DNA from: Octopus vulgaris
Lineage: Eukaryota
Direction of reading: 5' to 3'
NCBI GenBank assembly: GCA_951406725.2
Contig: OX597831.1
Span: 76,570,001-76,634,000, forward strand
DNA: 64,000 nt
Under the pieces are notes generated by a model. That model did no database searches. It was not told the origin of the DNA and saw only the letters and a program-made list of their open reading frames with translations. This document shows, piece by piece, positions 26,501 to 42,300 of the stretch (its first letter is position 1; each line of letters opens with the position of its first letter). Both the position numbers and the translations under genes were made by a program.

Positions 26501-29500
26501 AAGCAACTGTGAAGAGGTAACCTTTGTTAACTCGTTTGAAGGATTTAGGCATTTCTACTCATTGAACTATAGTGTGAAGGTCAGTTGGCCACATTTTGTT
26601 GTTGGTCAACGATGCTGTTGCAGAGACAGTATCTTAGGGCGGCGAGCTGGCAGAAACGTTAGCACGCCGGGCGAAATGCTTTGCGGTATTTCGTCTGCCG
26701 TTACGTTCTGAGTTCAAATTCCGCCAAGATCGACTTTGCCTTTCATCATTTCAGGGTCGATTAAATAAGTACCAGTTACGCACTGGGGTCGATATGATCG
26801 ACTTAATCCGTTTGTCTGTCCTTGTCTGTCCTCTCTGTGTTTAGCCCCTTGTGGGCAGTAAAGAAATAAGTATCTTAAGCACCTCTTCTGAGCCTGGGCT
26901 GTTTCCAGAAGGAAGGGCCCAACCCCTAGCACACTCCACTCATGGATGCATCACAAAAGAAAGACAGTGTGTTCACAGTACCCATGGAGCCACAGGGAAT
27001 GTCATGACTGTGCCAAGTGGAGGCACATGGCTTGGTGGTTGTGGTTTCGATTCCTGTACCGGATGATGCGTTGTGTTCTTGAGTGAAACACTTCATTTCA
27101 CTCAGCTGATAAAAATAAATGATCCTGTGATGGACTGCATCCCCATCCAGGAAGGGATATATATATATAACAGGCGCAGGAGTGGCTGTGTGGTAAGTAG
27201 CTTGCTAACCAACCACATGGTTCCGGGTTCAGTCCCACTGTGTGGCATCTTGGGCAAGTGTCTTCTGCTATAGCCCCGGGCCGACCAATGCCTTGTGAGT
27301 GGATTTGGTAGATGGAAACTGAAAGAAGCCTGTTGTATGTATGTATATATATATGTATATGTGTGTGTTTGTGTGTCTGTGTTTGTACCCCTAGCATTGC
27401 TTGACAACCGATGCTGGTGTGTTTACGTCCCCGTCACTTAGCGATTCGGCAAAAGAGACCGATAGAATAAGTACTGGGCTTACAAAGAATAAGTCCCGGG
27501 GTCGATTTGCTCGACTAAAGGCGGTGCTCCAGCATGGCCGCAGTCAAATGACTGAAACAAGTAAAAGAGTAGAGAAATCAGGAAACTGACCCTGTGCCCC
27601 TTACAGAGTAATGTGGACAAACCATAATTTCACAGATCTGCCTTAGGGGTCCCTCCCATAGCCTTGTTAAAACACTCAGTAAATTTCCCCACAATGCAAC
27701 AAAGGTTTATTATGATTGTAGGCATGGTTTGTACAGAGCCAGTCCCACTCGTTTGTCTTTCAAACTTGTAAGGGAGCGAGGTGGCAGAAACGGTAGCACG
27801 CCGGGCGAAATGCTACCGCCAAGGTCGACTTTGCCTTTCATCCTTTCGGGGTCGATAAATAAAGTACCAGTCACGCACTGGAGTCGATGTAATCGACTTA
27901 ATCCCTAATCCCTTTGTTTGTCCTTGTTTGTCCCCTCTATGTTTAGTCCCTTGTGGGCAATAAAAAAAAAAAACCTGTATTGGTCTGGTGCTACAAGTGC
28001 CACAAGCCCAGTAGTTATCAAAATGCAGGATTTGTATGGAATTATCTTCTCTCCGAGAAGCAGATAAAGGTCTAAAGGACTTTGTCTACACTAGGGACTC
28101 TGAGAGGGTCTGCCAGTAACCTTTATCCAGAGGCAATCTCATGACATGCTAGTTAACCCGTTAACTTAAAGAGCTGAGCCTTTTGCTGCTGTTTGTATCA
28201 GGTCAAGCAACTGTGTAGAGGTGCCATCTTTAGCTTTGTTGAAGGATGTTGGTCAGCGATGCCTTCTTTGCCAGGAGAACAACAGCCAAGTCATGTGACC
28301 GGCTGAGAGTAGAATGAATTCTTTGCTGTCAGTTCCTGTAGTAGTTAGCTATGCATATTGATATTCTTTACTCTTTTACTTGTTTCAGTCATTTGACTGT
28401 GGCCATGCTGGAGCACCGCCTTTAATCGAGCAAATCGACCCCGGGACTTATTCTTTGTAAGCCCAGTACTTATTCTATCGGTCTCTTTTTGCCGAACCGC
28501 TAAGTGACGGGGACATAAACACACCAGCATCGGTTGTCAAGCAATACTAGGGGGGACAAACACAGACACACAAACACACACGCACATACATATAAATATA
28601 CATATATACGACGGGCTTCTTTCAGTTTCCGTCTACCAAATCCACTCACAAGGCTTTGGTCGGCCCGATGCTATAGTAGAAGACACTTGCCCAAGGTGCC
28701 ACGCAGTGGGACTGAACCCAGAACCATGTGGTTGGTAAACAAGCTACTTACCACACAGCCACTCCTGCGGCTTTGTGGAAGAAATATGACTCAGTACAAA
28801 AGATAAAATGTTATTTCTGTCATCGTTTTCCGGTTGTCCCTTATCTGTAACTATGGCAACTTGTTTTTATCTATTTTATCCAAACATGAATATAATAATA
28901 TATCAGTAAAACAAGAATTTCTATTGGTTGCTTGCTTGTGCGTGTTTGTAATGGTTGGTAGAGTTTGACTTGGAATCATCATCATCATCATCATTGTGTA
29001 GCATCCGCTTTCCATGCTAGCATGGGTTGGACGGTTCAACTGGGGTCTGGGAAGCCCAAAGGCTGCACCAGGCCCAGTCTGATCTGGCAGTGTTTCTACA
29101 GCTGGATGCCCTTCCTAACGCCAACCACTCCGTGAGTGTAGTGAGTGCTTTTTATGTGCCACTGACACAGGTGCCAGGGGAGGCTGGCAACGGCCACAAT
29201 CGGATGGTGTTTGTTACATGCCACCAGCACGGAGGCCAGTCAATGCGGTGCTGGCTACGGCCACGTTCGGATGGTTCTCTTATGTGCCACAACTACAAAT
29301 TCCATTGATGTTGATCGATTTCATTTTTGATTTGATTTTTTGATTTTTTTGATTTTCACTTGCCTCGAATTTGTTATTTCTAAACACTTTAACCCTTTGG
29401 CATTTAAACCAGCCAAACCTGGCCCGAATGTTCTACACATTTAACCCTTTTTGTACCAACCCAGCTGAAACTGCATCTGGCTCTGTAATACACATGTCTT

Positions 29501-32500
29501 GTTTTCATAAGTTTTGATTTACCATCTTCCCCCAAACCTTAGCCACAATTTATGTTCTTAACACATGTTGAATGATAACTAAGTTATTTTACTAAATTCT
29601 TTGTTATATTTAAAATTAATTGAAAGAAACACAGAGCATCTCAAAATAAATATGGTAACAAAAGGGTTAACAAATGATTAATTTAACCCTTTTGATACCA
29701 ACCTGGCTGTAAACACCTCTTGCTCTATAATACGAATGTCTTGTTTTCAAAAGTTCTAAATTAAAATCTTCCACCAAACCTTAGTCACAATTTATGTTCC
29801 TAACACTAGCTTAATGACAACTAAGTTATTTTACTAAATTCTTTGTTATATTTAAAATTAATTGAAAGAAACACAGAGCATCTCAAAATAAATATGGTAA
29901 CAAAAGGGTTAACAAATGATTAATTTAACCCTTTTGATACCAACCTGGCTGTAAACACCTCTTGCTCTATAATACGAATGTCTTGTTTTCAAAAGTTCTA
30001 AATTAAAATCTTCCACCAAACCTTAGTCACAATTTATGTTCCTAACACTAGCTTAATGACAACTAAGTTATTTTACTAAATTCTTTGTTATATTTAAAAT
30101 TAATTGAAAGAAACACAGAGCATCTCAAAATAAATATGGTAACAAAAGGGTTAACAAATGATTAATTTAACCCTTTTGATACCAACCTGGCTGTAAACAC
30201 CTCTTGCTCTATAATACGAATGTCTTGTTTTCAAAAGTTCTAAATTAAAATCTTCCACCAAACCTTAGTCACAATTTATGTTCCTAACACTAGCTTAATG
30301 ACAACTAAGTTATTTTACTAAATTCTTTGTTATATTTAAAATTAATTGAAAGAAACACAGAGCATTTCAACAGAAATATGATAGCAAAAGGGTTTTAATG
30401 TTCAAACTAGCCCTATCCAGCCACTCACACCTACCTTATAGTGTCATTCTAGTAATAAACCACCACACCATTGAAATCTCACAGCTATGAGATAATGCAT
30501 GGTTTACTCAAAACAATTTGAATAAATAAGGATCACATTTGACAGAATAATCTGATTGCTTAAGGGTTCAATACTGGTCTGGGTTTCAAAAGTGGGAGTG
30601 AATAAAGACAGTAAAAAATGATGTTTCCAATGGTTACTGTTTTTTATTTTGTGTGTGTCAGTAGGGAGATCACTGCTTATGACCCTTTACTGGGCCTCTT
30701 AGACTTGGGGAAGGGAGAGAAATTACTCAAAGCAAAGGTTTAAATTTTAATTGCTCGTTAGCCTTTTAAAAATAAATTAATAGATTGTAATTTGACCCTT
30801 TTTGTTTGCTTTTTGAAAATATTACTGGGGTCTTTATTAATCCTGTTGGCAAGGGACCTACAAAGTCTCTATCCACCTCAGGTGTGTGTGTGTGTATGTG
30901 CATGTGCGCACATGTATGAGTGCATGTATGCATGTGTATGTATGTGTGTGTGTGTGTGCAGTAGTGCCTTCAGTGCCCTGTTGCTGACTTTTTAATATTT
31001 TAATTTTGTCTCCCACTATTCTCTCCAGCCCTCTTGGCGCCATCTCCCCAACAGCAAGAACCACACTATGATCATTTACAAAGGCTCAGATGTTGTCAGT
31101 TTCTACAACAAGACAGGACATGGAAAGTAAGTTGCCTCTTCTTCTTCTTCTTCTTCTACCCCCCCACCCCCCGGCCATCTTTATTCGTTTTTCTCTGCTT
31201 TTCTTTCTTAACTTCCAAAAATTGCCGATTATTTTCAAGAACAGAGAAACAGGAAAAACTAGCCGAGGAAAAGGATTGGTTCCACTTGACAAGAACATAC
31301 TCGCCTCATGTTGTCTAGTGGTTCCCAGACTTTTTGGGGCTGCCACCCCCTTAGCACCTGGGCCACATTCCTAGTGCCTCCGCCCCAGCTAACCCTCACA
31401 AACATTGACCTCTTTCTAAAACAAATTCAAACCAACTGCATTTCACAAACAAAAATTTAACCTAATCAATCCATTATTTTGATGTTTTTACATGAATCGG
31501 CCCCTTTTCATTATACTGGTGGCTGTGGTGAAAGACTGTATGGTGGGCTCATTTGAAAGGTTTAGAGACAAATACTTTCCTCTCAGGCCAACCTCCCATC
31601 AACTTTTTCAAGTATCACTTGAAAAAGAAGATGAGAATAGAAAGGGAAGTTTTGTCTAATGAAAAGGTGGGTGAATGTGGCAAGGATGGTATGCATAAAT
31701 GATGGAACCACCTTGAGCATGGTCTTATAAAACAAAGAGAGAAAGAGTGCTTTGCTCTCGTGTTGTGTTTTTTTTTTTTTCGTTTTTTAGGTTACCGTGG
31801 TTCTTTTTTATAGGTTTTTCTTTCCACGGATAAACCTAGTCAGTGTTATATTTAGTCCCCCTTTTGGGAACTCTAATTTTTAAAAACCGACACTTTTGTT
31901 AGTTCCTTGTGTACACGTCCCAAAATGTTTTCAATCCCTTTTGATCATTTTCGAAAATAATAAATTCTACATTGTGCTCGGCCCTGCGGGGCTAATAAAA
32001 AAATCTATCACCCCACTTTTCTTCAACGACCCCTTGGAACCTTCCACCACCCCTGGGGGAAGAGTACCGCTCACTTAGGGAACCATTGGTTTAGATTCAC
32101 CTTCGGTCTGGATTCACCTTTGTAAATAGCATTTTTATTATTAAGGCTTTAGGCTGACAGTATCATTAGCATGTTGGGCAAAATGCTTTGCAGCGTTTTT
32201 TTCAGTGTTATGTTCTGAGTTCAAATCCTGCTATGGTCAATCAACTCTGCCTTTCATCCCTTTTCACTTGATAAGTACCTATTTCTTTATTACCCACAAG
32301 GGGCTAAACACAGAGGGGACAAACAAGGACAGACATAGGTATTAAGTCGATTACATCGACCCCAGTGCATAACTGGTACTTAATTTATCAACCCCGGAAG
32401 GATGAAAGGCAAAGTCGACCTCGGCGGAATTTGAACTCACAACGTAACGGCAGGTACTTGATAAGTACCTGTTGAGCATCAGGATTGATGTAATTGACTA

Positions 32501-33041
32501 CACCCTCCCCCAAAATTTCAGGCTTTACACCCATAGTAGCAAGGGTCCTTATTCTCATTATTAAGGTTTGTCTAAGGTGGCAAGCTGGCAGAATCATTAG
32601 CATGCGGACAAAATGCTGAGTGGCATTTCTTCCATTTTCATGGTGTGAGTTCAGATTCCACTGGGGTTGACTTTGCCTTTCATCCTTTCGGGGTCAATAA
32701 ATTAAGTACCAGTAAAACACTGGGATTGGTATAATCTTCTAGCGCCTCCCCCAAAATTTCAAGTTTTGTGCCTTTAGTAGAAAGGATTATTATTATCATC
32801 ATCATCATCATCATCATCATTATTCAGGTGGCAAGTTGGCAGAATCGTTAGCATGCTGGGCTAAAAATGCTTGGCTGTGTTTCGTCCGTCTTTATGATCT
32901 GAGTTCAAATTCAGCTGAGGTCGACTTTGCTTTTCATTTTTTGGGGGTTGGTAAATTAAGCACCAGCTGAGAACTTAGGTTGATATAATCGACTACCCCC
33001 CTGCCCCAAAATTTCAGGCCTTGTGTCTTTAGTAGAGAGGT

Positions 33042-33073
<32 letters not shown>

Positions 33074-34341
33074 TAGTTCTGTTTTTATATCATGCTTTCA
33101 CTTCACTACCGAGCGCAGCTCTGTGTGCCTTGGGTATGTGCTGTGATTTGTTGTGATGTTCTGATGGTTCCTGTATGGAAAGTGTTCTACGTAGGATGTG
33201 TGCAGTGCCCAGTAGTGCAATCTTCTCTATGTTATATATGTTTGTAAGTCCTGGTGTTTTTGTTATGTATTTGTCTGAATATTTTTTTATCATGCCTAAT
33301 GCACCTACTATGATAGGAATTGTTTCTGTTTTCAGATTCCACATTCTAGTTACCTCTATTTCCAGGTCTTTGTATTTTGAGAGTTTCTCCATTTCTTTTA
33401 GAGACACGTTGTCATCAGCCGGTATTGATACATCAATTAGAAAGCATTTTTTTTCTTTATCTGTGTGTATCGGCATATCCCAGAGTATGGTTGCTTTCTC
33501 GTTTTCTGTGACCTTTTCTGGTGTGTGCCTATACCATCTTTTTTCTGTTGTTATTCCATAATGTTGGCATAGCTTCCAGTGTATGTAGGTTCCAACTCTG
33601 TCATGTCTGTGAATATATTCCTTCTTAGCCAGGACTGGGCAGCCAGAGATAATATGATTTATTGTTTCTTGTCCATCTCCACATATTCTGCAGTTACTTG
33701 TTATATTTCTTTTCATTACATGTATTTGGTAATTTCTGGTGGGGAGGCTTTGGTCTTGTGCTGCAATTAAAAATCCCTCTGTCTCTGCTTTGAGTCCTGA
33801 GCTTTTCAACCATTGCTGGGATTTTTCTTTGTCTATTTCTTTTGCGTTTAGTTAAGTCCAGTATTTGCCATGAAGGGGCTTTTCTTGCCATCGTTTTATC
33901 ATGGCTCGTTGCTGTTCTATTTTTAGTTTGGATTTCATTTGTTTTATAGCTTTTGTTGTTTCTTCATCTTCTTCTTCTTCTTCTTCTTCTTCTTCTTCTT
34001 CTTCTTCTTCTTCTCCTTCTTCATATTTATTATGGGGTATGATTTCTTGTTTGAATTTGTCAGCTTCCTTAAATACTGAGAACAGTTTTTGTTTTGCTTG
34101 TGTTTTGCGGCTATTTGTATCAGTTTTACTTATTCTCTCTCTCTTTTACTCTTTTCAGTCATTTGACTGCAGCCATGCTGGAGCACTGCCTTTAGTCGAG
34201 CAAATCGACCCCGGGACTTATTCTTTGTAAGCCCAGTACTTATTCTGTCGGTCTCTTTTGCCGAACCGCTAAGTGACTGGGACGTAAACACACCAGTATT
34301 GGTTGTCAAGCAATGCTAGGGGGACAAACACAGACACACAA

Positions 34342-34394
<53 letters not shown>

Positions 34395-36283
34395 CCATCC
34401 GAGCGTGGCCGTCTGCCAGCCTCGTCTGGCACCTGTGTCGGTGGCACATAAAAAACACCATCCGAGCGTGGCCGTCTGCCAGCCTCGTCTGGCACCTGTG
34501 TCGGTGGCACATAAAATCACCCACTACACTCTCGGAGTGGTTGGCGTTAGGAAGGGCATCCAGCTGTAGAAACACTGCCACATCTGACTGGCCTGGTGCA
34601 GCCTTCGGGCTTCCCAGACCCCAGTTGAACCGTCCAACCCATGCTAGCATGGAAAGCGGACGTTAAACGATGATGATGATGATGATGATGATACGACAGG
34701 CTTCTTTCAGTTTCTGTCTACCAAATCCACTCACAAGGCATTGGTCGGCCCGGGGCTATAGCAGAAGACACTTGCCCAAGATGCCACGCAGTGGGACTGA
34801 ACCCGGAACCATGTGGTTGGTTAGCAAGCTACTTACCACACTGCCACTCCTGCGCCTATATTATTATTATTATCATTACTACTACTACTACTACTACTAT
34901 TATTATTAGTCGTAGTAGTATTTGCAGCTACTTATGGGGCTGTGTTTTAGCTTCCTCATCCCGTCGTTAACAGTTTCAGGAACCCTGGAAAAGGGTCAAT
35001 TCATTTGAACCCATTATTGCATCCACCGCTGCCACCACCATTATTACTACTACTGTCAATACAACCATCCCCACCACCACCACCACCACCACTGCTACTG
35101 CTACTGCTGTCATGTTCTATTTTGTGTCCGTGTTTCAGCCAACTTTACTGTGGAGTCCAGCCTGGTGTTACTCTGAGTAAAGAGGAGTATGAGGAATCTC
35201 TAGAAATAACCAAACGATTCCGTGAATCAGGTAAATCAAACCCTCACTTCTTTTTTTGTTTATTTTGTTAATTTTGTAAAAAGCATTGGTGCCACATGAC
35301 AATCACCCGGTACACTCTGTAAAATGGTTGGCATTAGGAAGGGCATCCAATTGTCGAAACCAAGCCAAGAGCATTATCATTGCCAGAGCAGCCAACTGGC
35401 TCCGTGCCAGTGACACGTAAAAGGGCACTATTCGAGCGTGATTGAAATCGAATTCGATCAACATCCATGGAAATTGCAGCTGTGATACCAGTGCCAGTGG
35501 CACGTAAGAGAACTATATGAACATGGCCATTGCCAGCGCCAACCCGACTGGCCTCGTGCCGGTGGCACGTAAAAAGCACCATCCGTTCGTGGCCGTTTGC
35601 CAGCCTCGTCTGGCTCCCGTGCCAGTGGCACGTAAAAAGCACCAACCGATCGTGGCCGTTTGCCAGCCCCGTCTGACACCTGTGCCGGTGGGACGTATAA
35701 AAGCACCCACTACACTCACGGAGTGGTTGGCGTTAGGAAGGGCATCCAGCCGTAGAAACATTGCCAGATCAGACTGGGCCTGGTGCAGCCTTCTGGCTTC
35801 CCAGACCCCAGTTGAACCGTCCCACCTATGCTATCATGGAAAGCGGATGCTAAACGATGATGATGATGATGGTCGTTACCAACATCGCCTTAGTGGCACC
35901 TGTGCCAGTGACATGTGTAAAAAATTCGAGCGAAGTCATTGCCAGTATCACCTGACTGACCCCGTGCTGGTGGCACGTAAAAGGGCACCATTCGAGCGTG
36001 ATCATTACCAACATCGCCTTACTGGCACCTGTGCCAGTGACATGTGTAAAAAATTCGAGCGAAGTCATTGCCAGTACTGCTTGACTGGCCCCCGTGCCGG
36101 TGGCACTTAAGAAGCACCCACTACACTCTGGGAGTGGTTGGCGTTAGGAAGAGCATCCAGCTGTAGAAACTCTGCCAGATCAAAAATGAAGCCTGGTGCG
36201 GCTGTCTGGTTCACCAGCCCTCAGTCAAAATCGTCCAACCCATAGCAGCATGGAAAGCAGACATTAAATGATGATGATGATGG

Positions 36284-36342
<59 letters not shown>

Positions 36343-36999
36343 ATGTGTGTGTTTGTGTGTATATATATATATCATCATCATCATCATCGTTTAGCGTCTG
36401 TTTTCCATGCTAGCACGGATTGGATGGTTCGACCAGGGTCTGGGAAGCCAGGAGGCTGCACCAGGCTCCAGTCTGATCTGGCAGTGTTTCTACAGCTGGA
36501 TGCCCTTCCTAATGCCAACCACTCCATAAGTGTAGTGGGTGCTTTTTATGTGTCACCGGCACAGGTGCCAAGGGAGGCTGGCAGAAGCCATGATCAGTTG
36601 GTGCTTTTTACGTGCCACCGGCACAGAAGCCGGTCACGGCAGCGCTGGCGTCGGCCACGTTTGGATGGCGCTTTTTATGTGCCACCGCACAGGTATCACA
36701 ACTACAATTTCCATTTAATATTTATATATATATATATATCAATTAGAAAAAAAACCCTTTTATCATTTCATTTTTTTGCAATTTACTTAATCATTGGTAT
36801 ATTATTGTTATTTTAATTTTAATATTTCTATTATATGTAATTTTCTAGATGGTGTAATTTAATTGTTCATTTTGAATTGATAAAAGGTGTTTTTTTTCTA
36901 ATTTTTATATATATATATATTATATTTTGTGAAACTTGATTTAGTATTTCTAAATTGAATTTTTCCCTGTAAGTTAGGATTAATATTCCCTCAGATAAT

Positions 37000-37041
<42 letters not shown>

Positions 37042-39296
37042 GTAAGTGCAGATGTGATTCTGTTGTTAAGAAGCTCACCTTCTCAAACAACATGATTCTG
37101 GGTTCAGTCCCACTGTGTGGCACCTTGTGCAGGTGCCCTCTATGATAGCTCCAGGCCGACTAAAGTCTTGTGAGCAGATTTAATGAATGGAAACTGGAAG
37201 AAGCTCTTTGCATTAAATGTGTGTTTGCATCTCATATCTTGGGTGTTAAAATGATTATGATGGTAGATATGTTTCTCTGTCGTTACATAGTCATTAGTTT
37301 TGGTCATACTGGAGCACTGTCTCGAAGAATTTCTGTCAAACAAATCAATCCCAGTATTTTTTTTTTTGTGTATTTTATTTTTTGTGTCTGATACTTATTC
37401 CGTTACTCTCTTTTGCCAAGCTGCTAAGTTAGAGGGATGCAAACATGCCAAACCAGTTGTCAAGCAGTGGTGGGTAACAAACACAGACTCAAAGATCCAC
37501 ACATATATACAACAGGTTTCTTTCAGTTTCCATTTATCAGATGTGCCGGTTGCATGTAAAAGCACCCACTACACTCTCAGAATGGTTGGCGTTAGGAAGG
37601 GCATCCAGCTGTAGAAACTCTGCCAGATCAAGATTGAGGCCTGGTGCAGCCATCTGGTTCGCCAGCCCTCAGTCAATCGTCCAACCCATGCTAGCATGGA
37701 AAGCGGACGTTAAACGATGATGATGATGAGATCCATTCATGTTGTTGGGAAGCAAACTTACCACATTGGCATGCCTGTGCTGATTGCAGTGCCTGCATAA
37801 TTGATTGATAATTATAATAATAATAATAATACTAACACAAGAAGTGAAATAGAACCAGTGCATGTGTTTATTATTGGCATTATGACCCTCCCAAGTTACA
37901 ACACAATTGATATAAATAGATTTGAAATATAATTAACATTACAAACAAGCGTATATTTTTGTTTCCTCCATTCTATCCCTTTTTTAGGCATGAAAAATTT
38001 CTCCAAATATTCTGGTGATAATCAAGATACTGGCCACCACCGTAGTAAACGTTTCACTCCACAACATGATACTTGTGATATGATCATTGTGGCTGACTAT
38101 ACATTCTTCAAAAATATCGGCAACTCAGACAGTTTGAATACGGCTAACTATTTAGTAAGTATCAATTTATTTACTCTTTTACTTGTTTCAGTCATTTGAC
38201 TGCGGCCATGCTGGAGCACTGCCTTTAGTCGAGCAAATCAACCCCAGGACTTATTCTTTGTAAGCCCAGTACTCATTCTATTAGGCTCTTTTGCCAAACT
38301 GCTAAGTGACGGGGACATAAACACACCAGCATCGGTTGTCAATTAATGTTGGGGGGACACACACACATACATACATCATCATCGTTTAACGTCCGTTTTC
38401 CGCGCTAGCACGGGTTGGACGGTTCGACCGGGGTCTGGGAAGCCAGGGGCCGCTCCAGGCTCCAGTCTGATTTGGCAGAATTTCTACGGCTGGATGCCCT
38501 TCCTAACGCCAACCACTCCGTGAGTGGATTGGGTGCTTTTTACGTGCCACCTGCACAGGGGCCGGGGGGTCCGGCATCGGTCGCGATCGGTTCGAGCTTT
38601 TAACGTGCCAGCGGCACGGGGGCAACTGGGTCCGGGGTACTTTGGGGATCCGGGGTACTTTGAATGGGTAGGGGGTATGTGGAATTGCTGCAGAAAGCAG
38701 CCCGGGTCTTTGCAGTCACAGCATATCTCCAGAGATCTTGGTCTTTCGCCATTGCCTCAGTGAGGCCCAATGCTCTGAGGTCATGCTTGACTACCTCATC
38801 CCATGTCTTCCTGGGTCTACCTCTCCCCCTGATACCTTCAACTGTTTGGGAGTGGCACTTCTTCACACATCTCTCTTCATCCATCCGCAGCACATGACCA
38901 TACCATCGCAAGCGTCGCTCTTGCACACCACATCTGATGCTTCTTATATCCAGCATTTCTCTTAGGATGCTTACATTCTGTCTTGCGTGCACACTGACAC
39001 TACACATCCAGCGGATCATGCTAGCTTCATTTCTTTCAAGTCTACACATGTCCTCTGCAGTCACTGCCCATGTTTCATTACCGTGAAGCATGGCAGTTCG
39101 CACACATGCATCATACAATCTACCTTTCGCTTTGAGGGAGAGACCTTTTGTTGCCAGTAGGGGTAGGAGCTTTCTGAACTTTGCCCAGGCTATTCGTATT
39201 CTAGTGGTGATACTCTCTGTGCATCCACCTCCGCTACTAACTTGGTCACCCAGGTAGCGGAAACTATCAACTACTTCTAGTTTCTCTCCCTGGAGT

Positions 39297-39337
<41 letters not shown>

Positions 39338-42300
39338 ATATATATATCAAAATAAGCAACAAGTATATCCAAGGTAGAGTAGTACAATTGTTTCATGCTA
39401 CTTCATTTTATTAAACACTGTAAGTATTACATCAGTTTTAAAATGTCGAGCAATCTTCAGCCACATATAGAATTTCCCAATTAAACGGACAATGCGCATT
39501 CTTATCCTTATTTCATTTGCCAACATCATAAAGCGGGTCGATATATAGACAGAGAGGTTGATTTCATTCTTAAGAACATGAAACAATTGTAGTACACTAC
39601 CTTGGATATCCTTGTTGCTTATTTTGATTATAATCACCCCATTTGATTTATATGGATAATACCATACAAAATTCTGGTGCCTTTAACTTAAGTACCATAT
39701 TCACCTGAATCTAAATTTTGCTAAACATATATAACTATACATGTATATGACGGGCTTTTTTTCAGTTTCCGTCTGTTATCAAATCCACTCACAAGGCTTT
39801 GGTTGGCCCGAGGCTATAGTAGAAGACCCTTGCCCAAGGTGCCATGCAGTGGGACTGAACCCAGAACCATGTGATTGTTAAGCAAGCTACTTACCACACA
39901 GCCACTCCTACTCCTATATACACCCTGTTGTACTCTTTTACTCCCTGAGGATTTGCTCTGGCAGCCCCTTGCTATGATCTTGTCTTTTTCCCTAGCTACT
40001 CCAACCCACCCTTATATTATATTGCGTAACCATGTATCTTTGCTATAAGACACCTGTACTTGTCCCCCTATCACACAGTGTCCCTCCTCCCCACCCAAAT
40101 TACTTTGTACTTTCAGTGCCGTATACCCAGGGTGGGGATGAGCTGGCTCTGACCAACAAGTCATGTTTGGAGTCTCAGTATGAATACAGTTTCACATGTG
40201 GGCCCCAGTCACATGCATACACACCTTGGGATAGTGTGGTCCATAACGGCTCATCTTGCTATCAATTGTTGACCACCACAGAAGATTCACTGATCAACTC
40301 ACCACTGTTTATCGGAGCAGACATAGTCTGGTTCTGAAATGGATTCTTGAGACACGTTTTAACAAAAACTAAGGGGTGCCTCATTCCCAGTGGTTTTCCA
40401 GTGTGCCAGACATCAACCCAGAATTTCTGAGGGCGCAGATTAACCCAATACCTGACATAAAGCCACCTAGCATAACCCACCCAACAGCTGGCATAAAGCC
40501 CTTCTTCTTTCTTAAGTACTCTCCTCACTTAGCCAAGGGTTCTTTTTTTTTACCTTTTCCTATCTTACAAGTTGCTTGGCAACCTGACTAGTTCCAGAGG
40601 GGCAAAAAATACCTCCCAGTACACGCTATAATGTGGTTGATGTTTGGAAGGGCACCCAGCCATAGAAGACATGCCAAAGCTGACACGGGAGCAAAGTGCA
40701 GCCCTACCACCTGCCGGATCCTATCAAACTGTCTGACTCGTACCGTCATGGAAAACGGACATGATATGATGATTATGATGATGATGATATGAACTGTTTA
40801 AAGGAAAAACATGATGGAAATAATCTAAGAATTCTGTTAGCTGGGTGAATGCTGGTCATACAGTTCTATTCTTGGAGAAAGAGTTTGGCTCTTGAGGTTT
40901 CAGATTCCTCTGTCAAAGCTTACCCTTATTCACTCACACTGAGATTTTAATGATGTGACTGTTTAGCTTTATAATGGCACTGCAGAGTAGGTGTGAGAGG
41001 CTGGATCTAGTCAGTTTGAACATAAACCAGATAGAAGATTTGGACCAAATACGGCTGGTTTAAATGCTAAAGGGTTAAGATGCTGTTGTTTGGAACCTAA
41101 TAATCCTTTCTATAGGCACGAGGCCTGAAATTTGTGGGGAGGGGGACTTGTCGATTACATTGACCCCTGCACCCCACTGGTACTTAATTTATCAACCCTG
41201 AAAGGACAAAAAGCAAAGTCGACCTTGGTGGAATTTGAACTCAGGACATAACGACAGGTGAAATACCGCTAAGCATTTTGCTTGGCACGCTAATGATTCT
41301 GCCAGCTTGCTGCCTTTGTTTGGACCCTAACACTCAAGATTCTGAGATACAAAAAAAAAAAAAAAGAAGCGAGGCTACCATGAAACTTTCACCTAAAATT
41401 TTGCACTATCTTTCATAAGATTTTAGCTTAACCCTTTTGACAGCTACCCACCCAAGAACACCCATGGTTCCCTGTCACATCTAATCCTTATTAATTCACA
41501 CTGTTTTGAATTAACTAAACATCATCGTGTTGCTTTGAGATTTTGACAAGGTGGTTTTTTTAGTTTTCGAATGGCATTGAGGGGTAGGTGTGAGAAGTGA
41601 GACCTGACTGATTTAAATACTAAAGAGTTAAAGAAGCGGTTCCTGTTTCTCTCTCTCTCTCGTATTTGTGTGTATGCATGTGTACACTTAGCCTGGAGAG
41701 GGACAGGCTCCTCCACCAGGCTTTCTTGCCCTGGTTACACTTCAGTGCTCCAGCAACCCTGAAGAGGCTGAGGGACTTGCGGATGATGGTGTGGGTACAT
41801 TGTGGTTGAGAAGCTTGCTTCCCAACCATGCATTCCCAAGTTCAGTCTCACAGCATGACATCTTGGCCAGATGTCCTCTAGTAAAGCTTTTGGTTGACCA
41901 AAGTTCTGTGAGGCCAAATACTTTCCAAAAGCATGCCCTCTGCTAAAGGCCTCCAATGGTCAGGTGGTGCTGTTAATCCAAACAATAAAAAAAGTGCTAG
42001 TTTTGGTGGGGGTGATTGATGGTAAAGATGGTGGTGGAGGTGGTGATGATGATGAATGATAATGATGATGGTGGTGGTGGTGGTGATTGATGGTAAAGAT
42101 GGTGGTGGAGGTGGTGATGATGATAATGATGATGGTGGTGGTGGTGGTGATTGATGGTAAAGATGGTGGTGGAGGTGGTGATGATGATGAATGATAATGA
42201 TGATGGTGGTGGTGGTGATTGATGGTAAAGATGGTGGTGGAGGTGGTGATGATGATGAATGATAATGATGATGGTGGTGGTGGTGGTGATTGATGGTAAA

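Noticed and set aside
31316-32088. hAT/Charlie-like element (TAGTGGTTCCC...GGGAACCATTG)
   Set aside because: The termini are suggestive, but I could not confirm an 8-bp TSD
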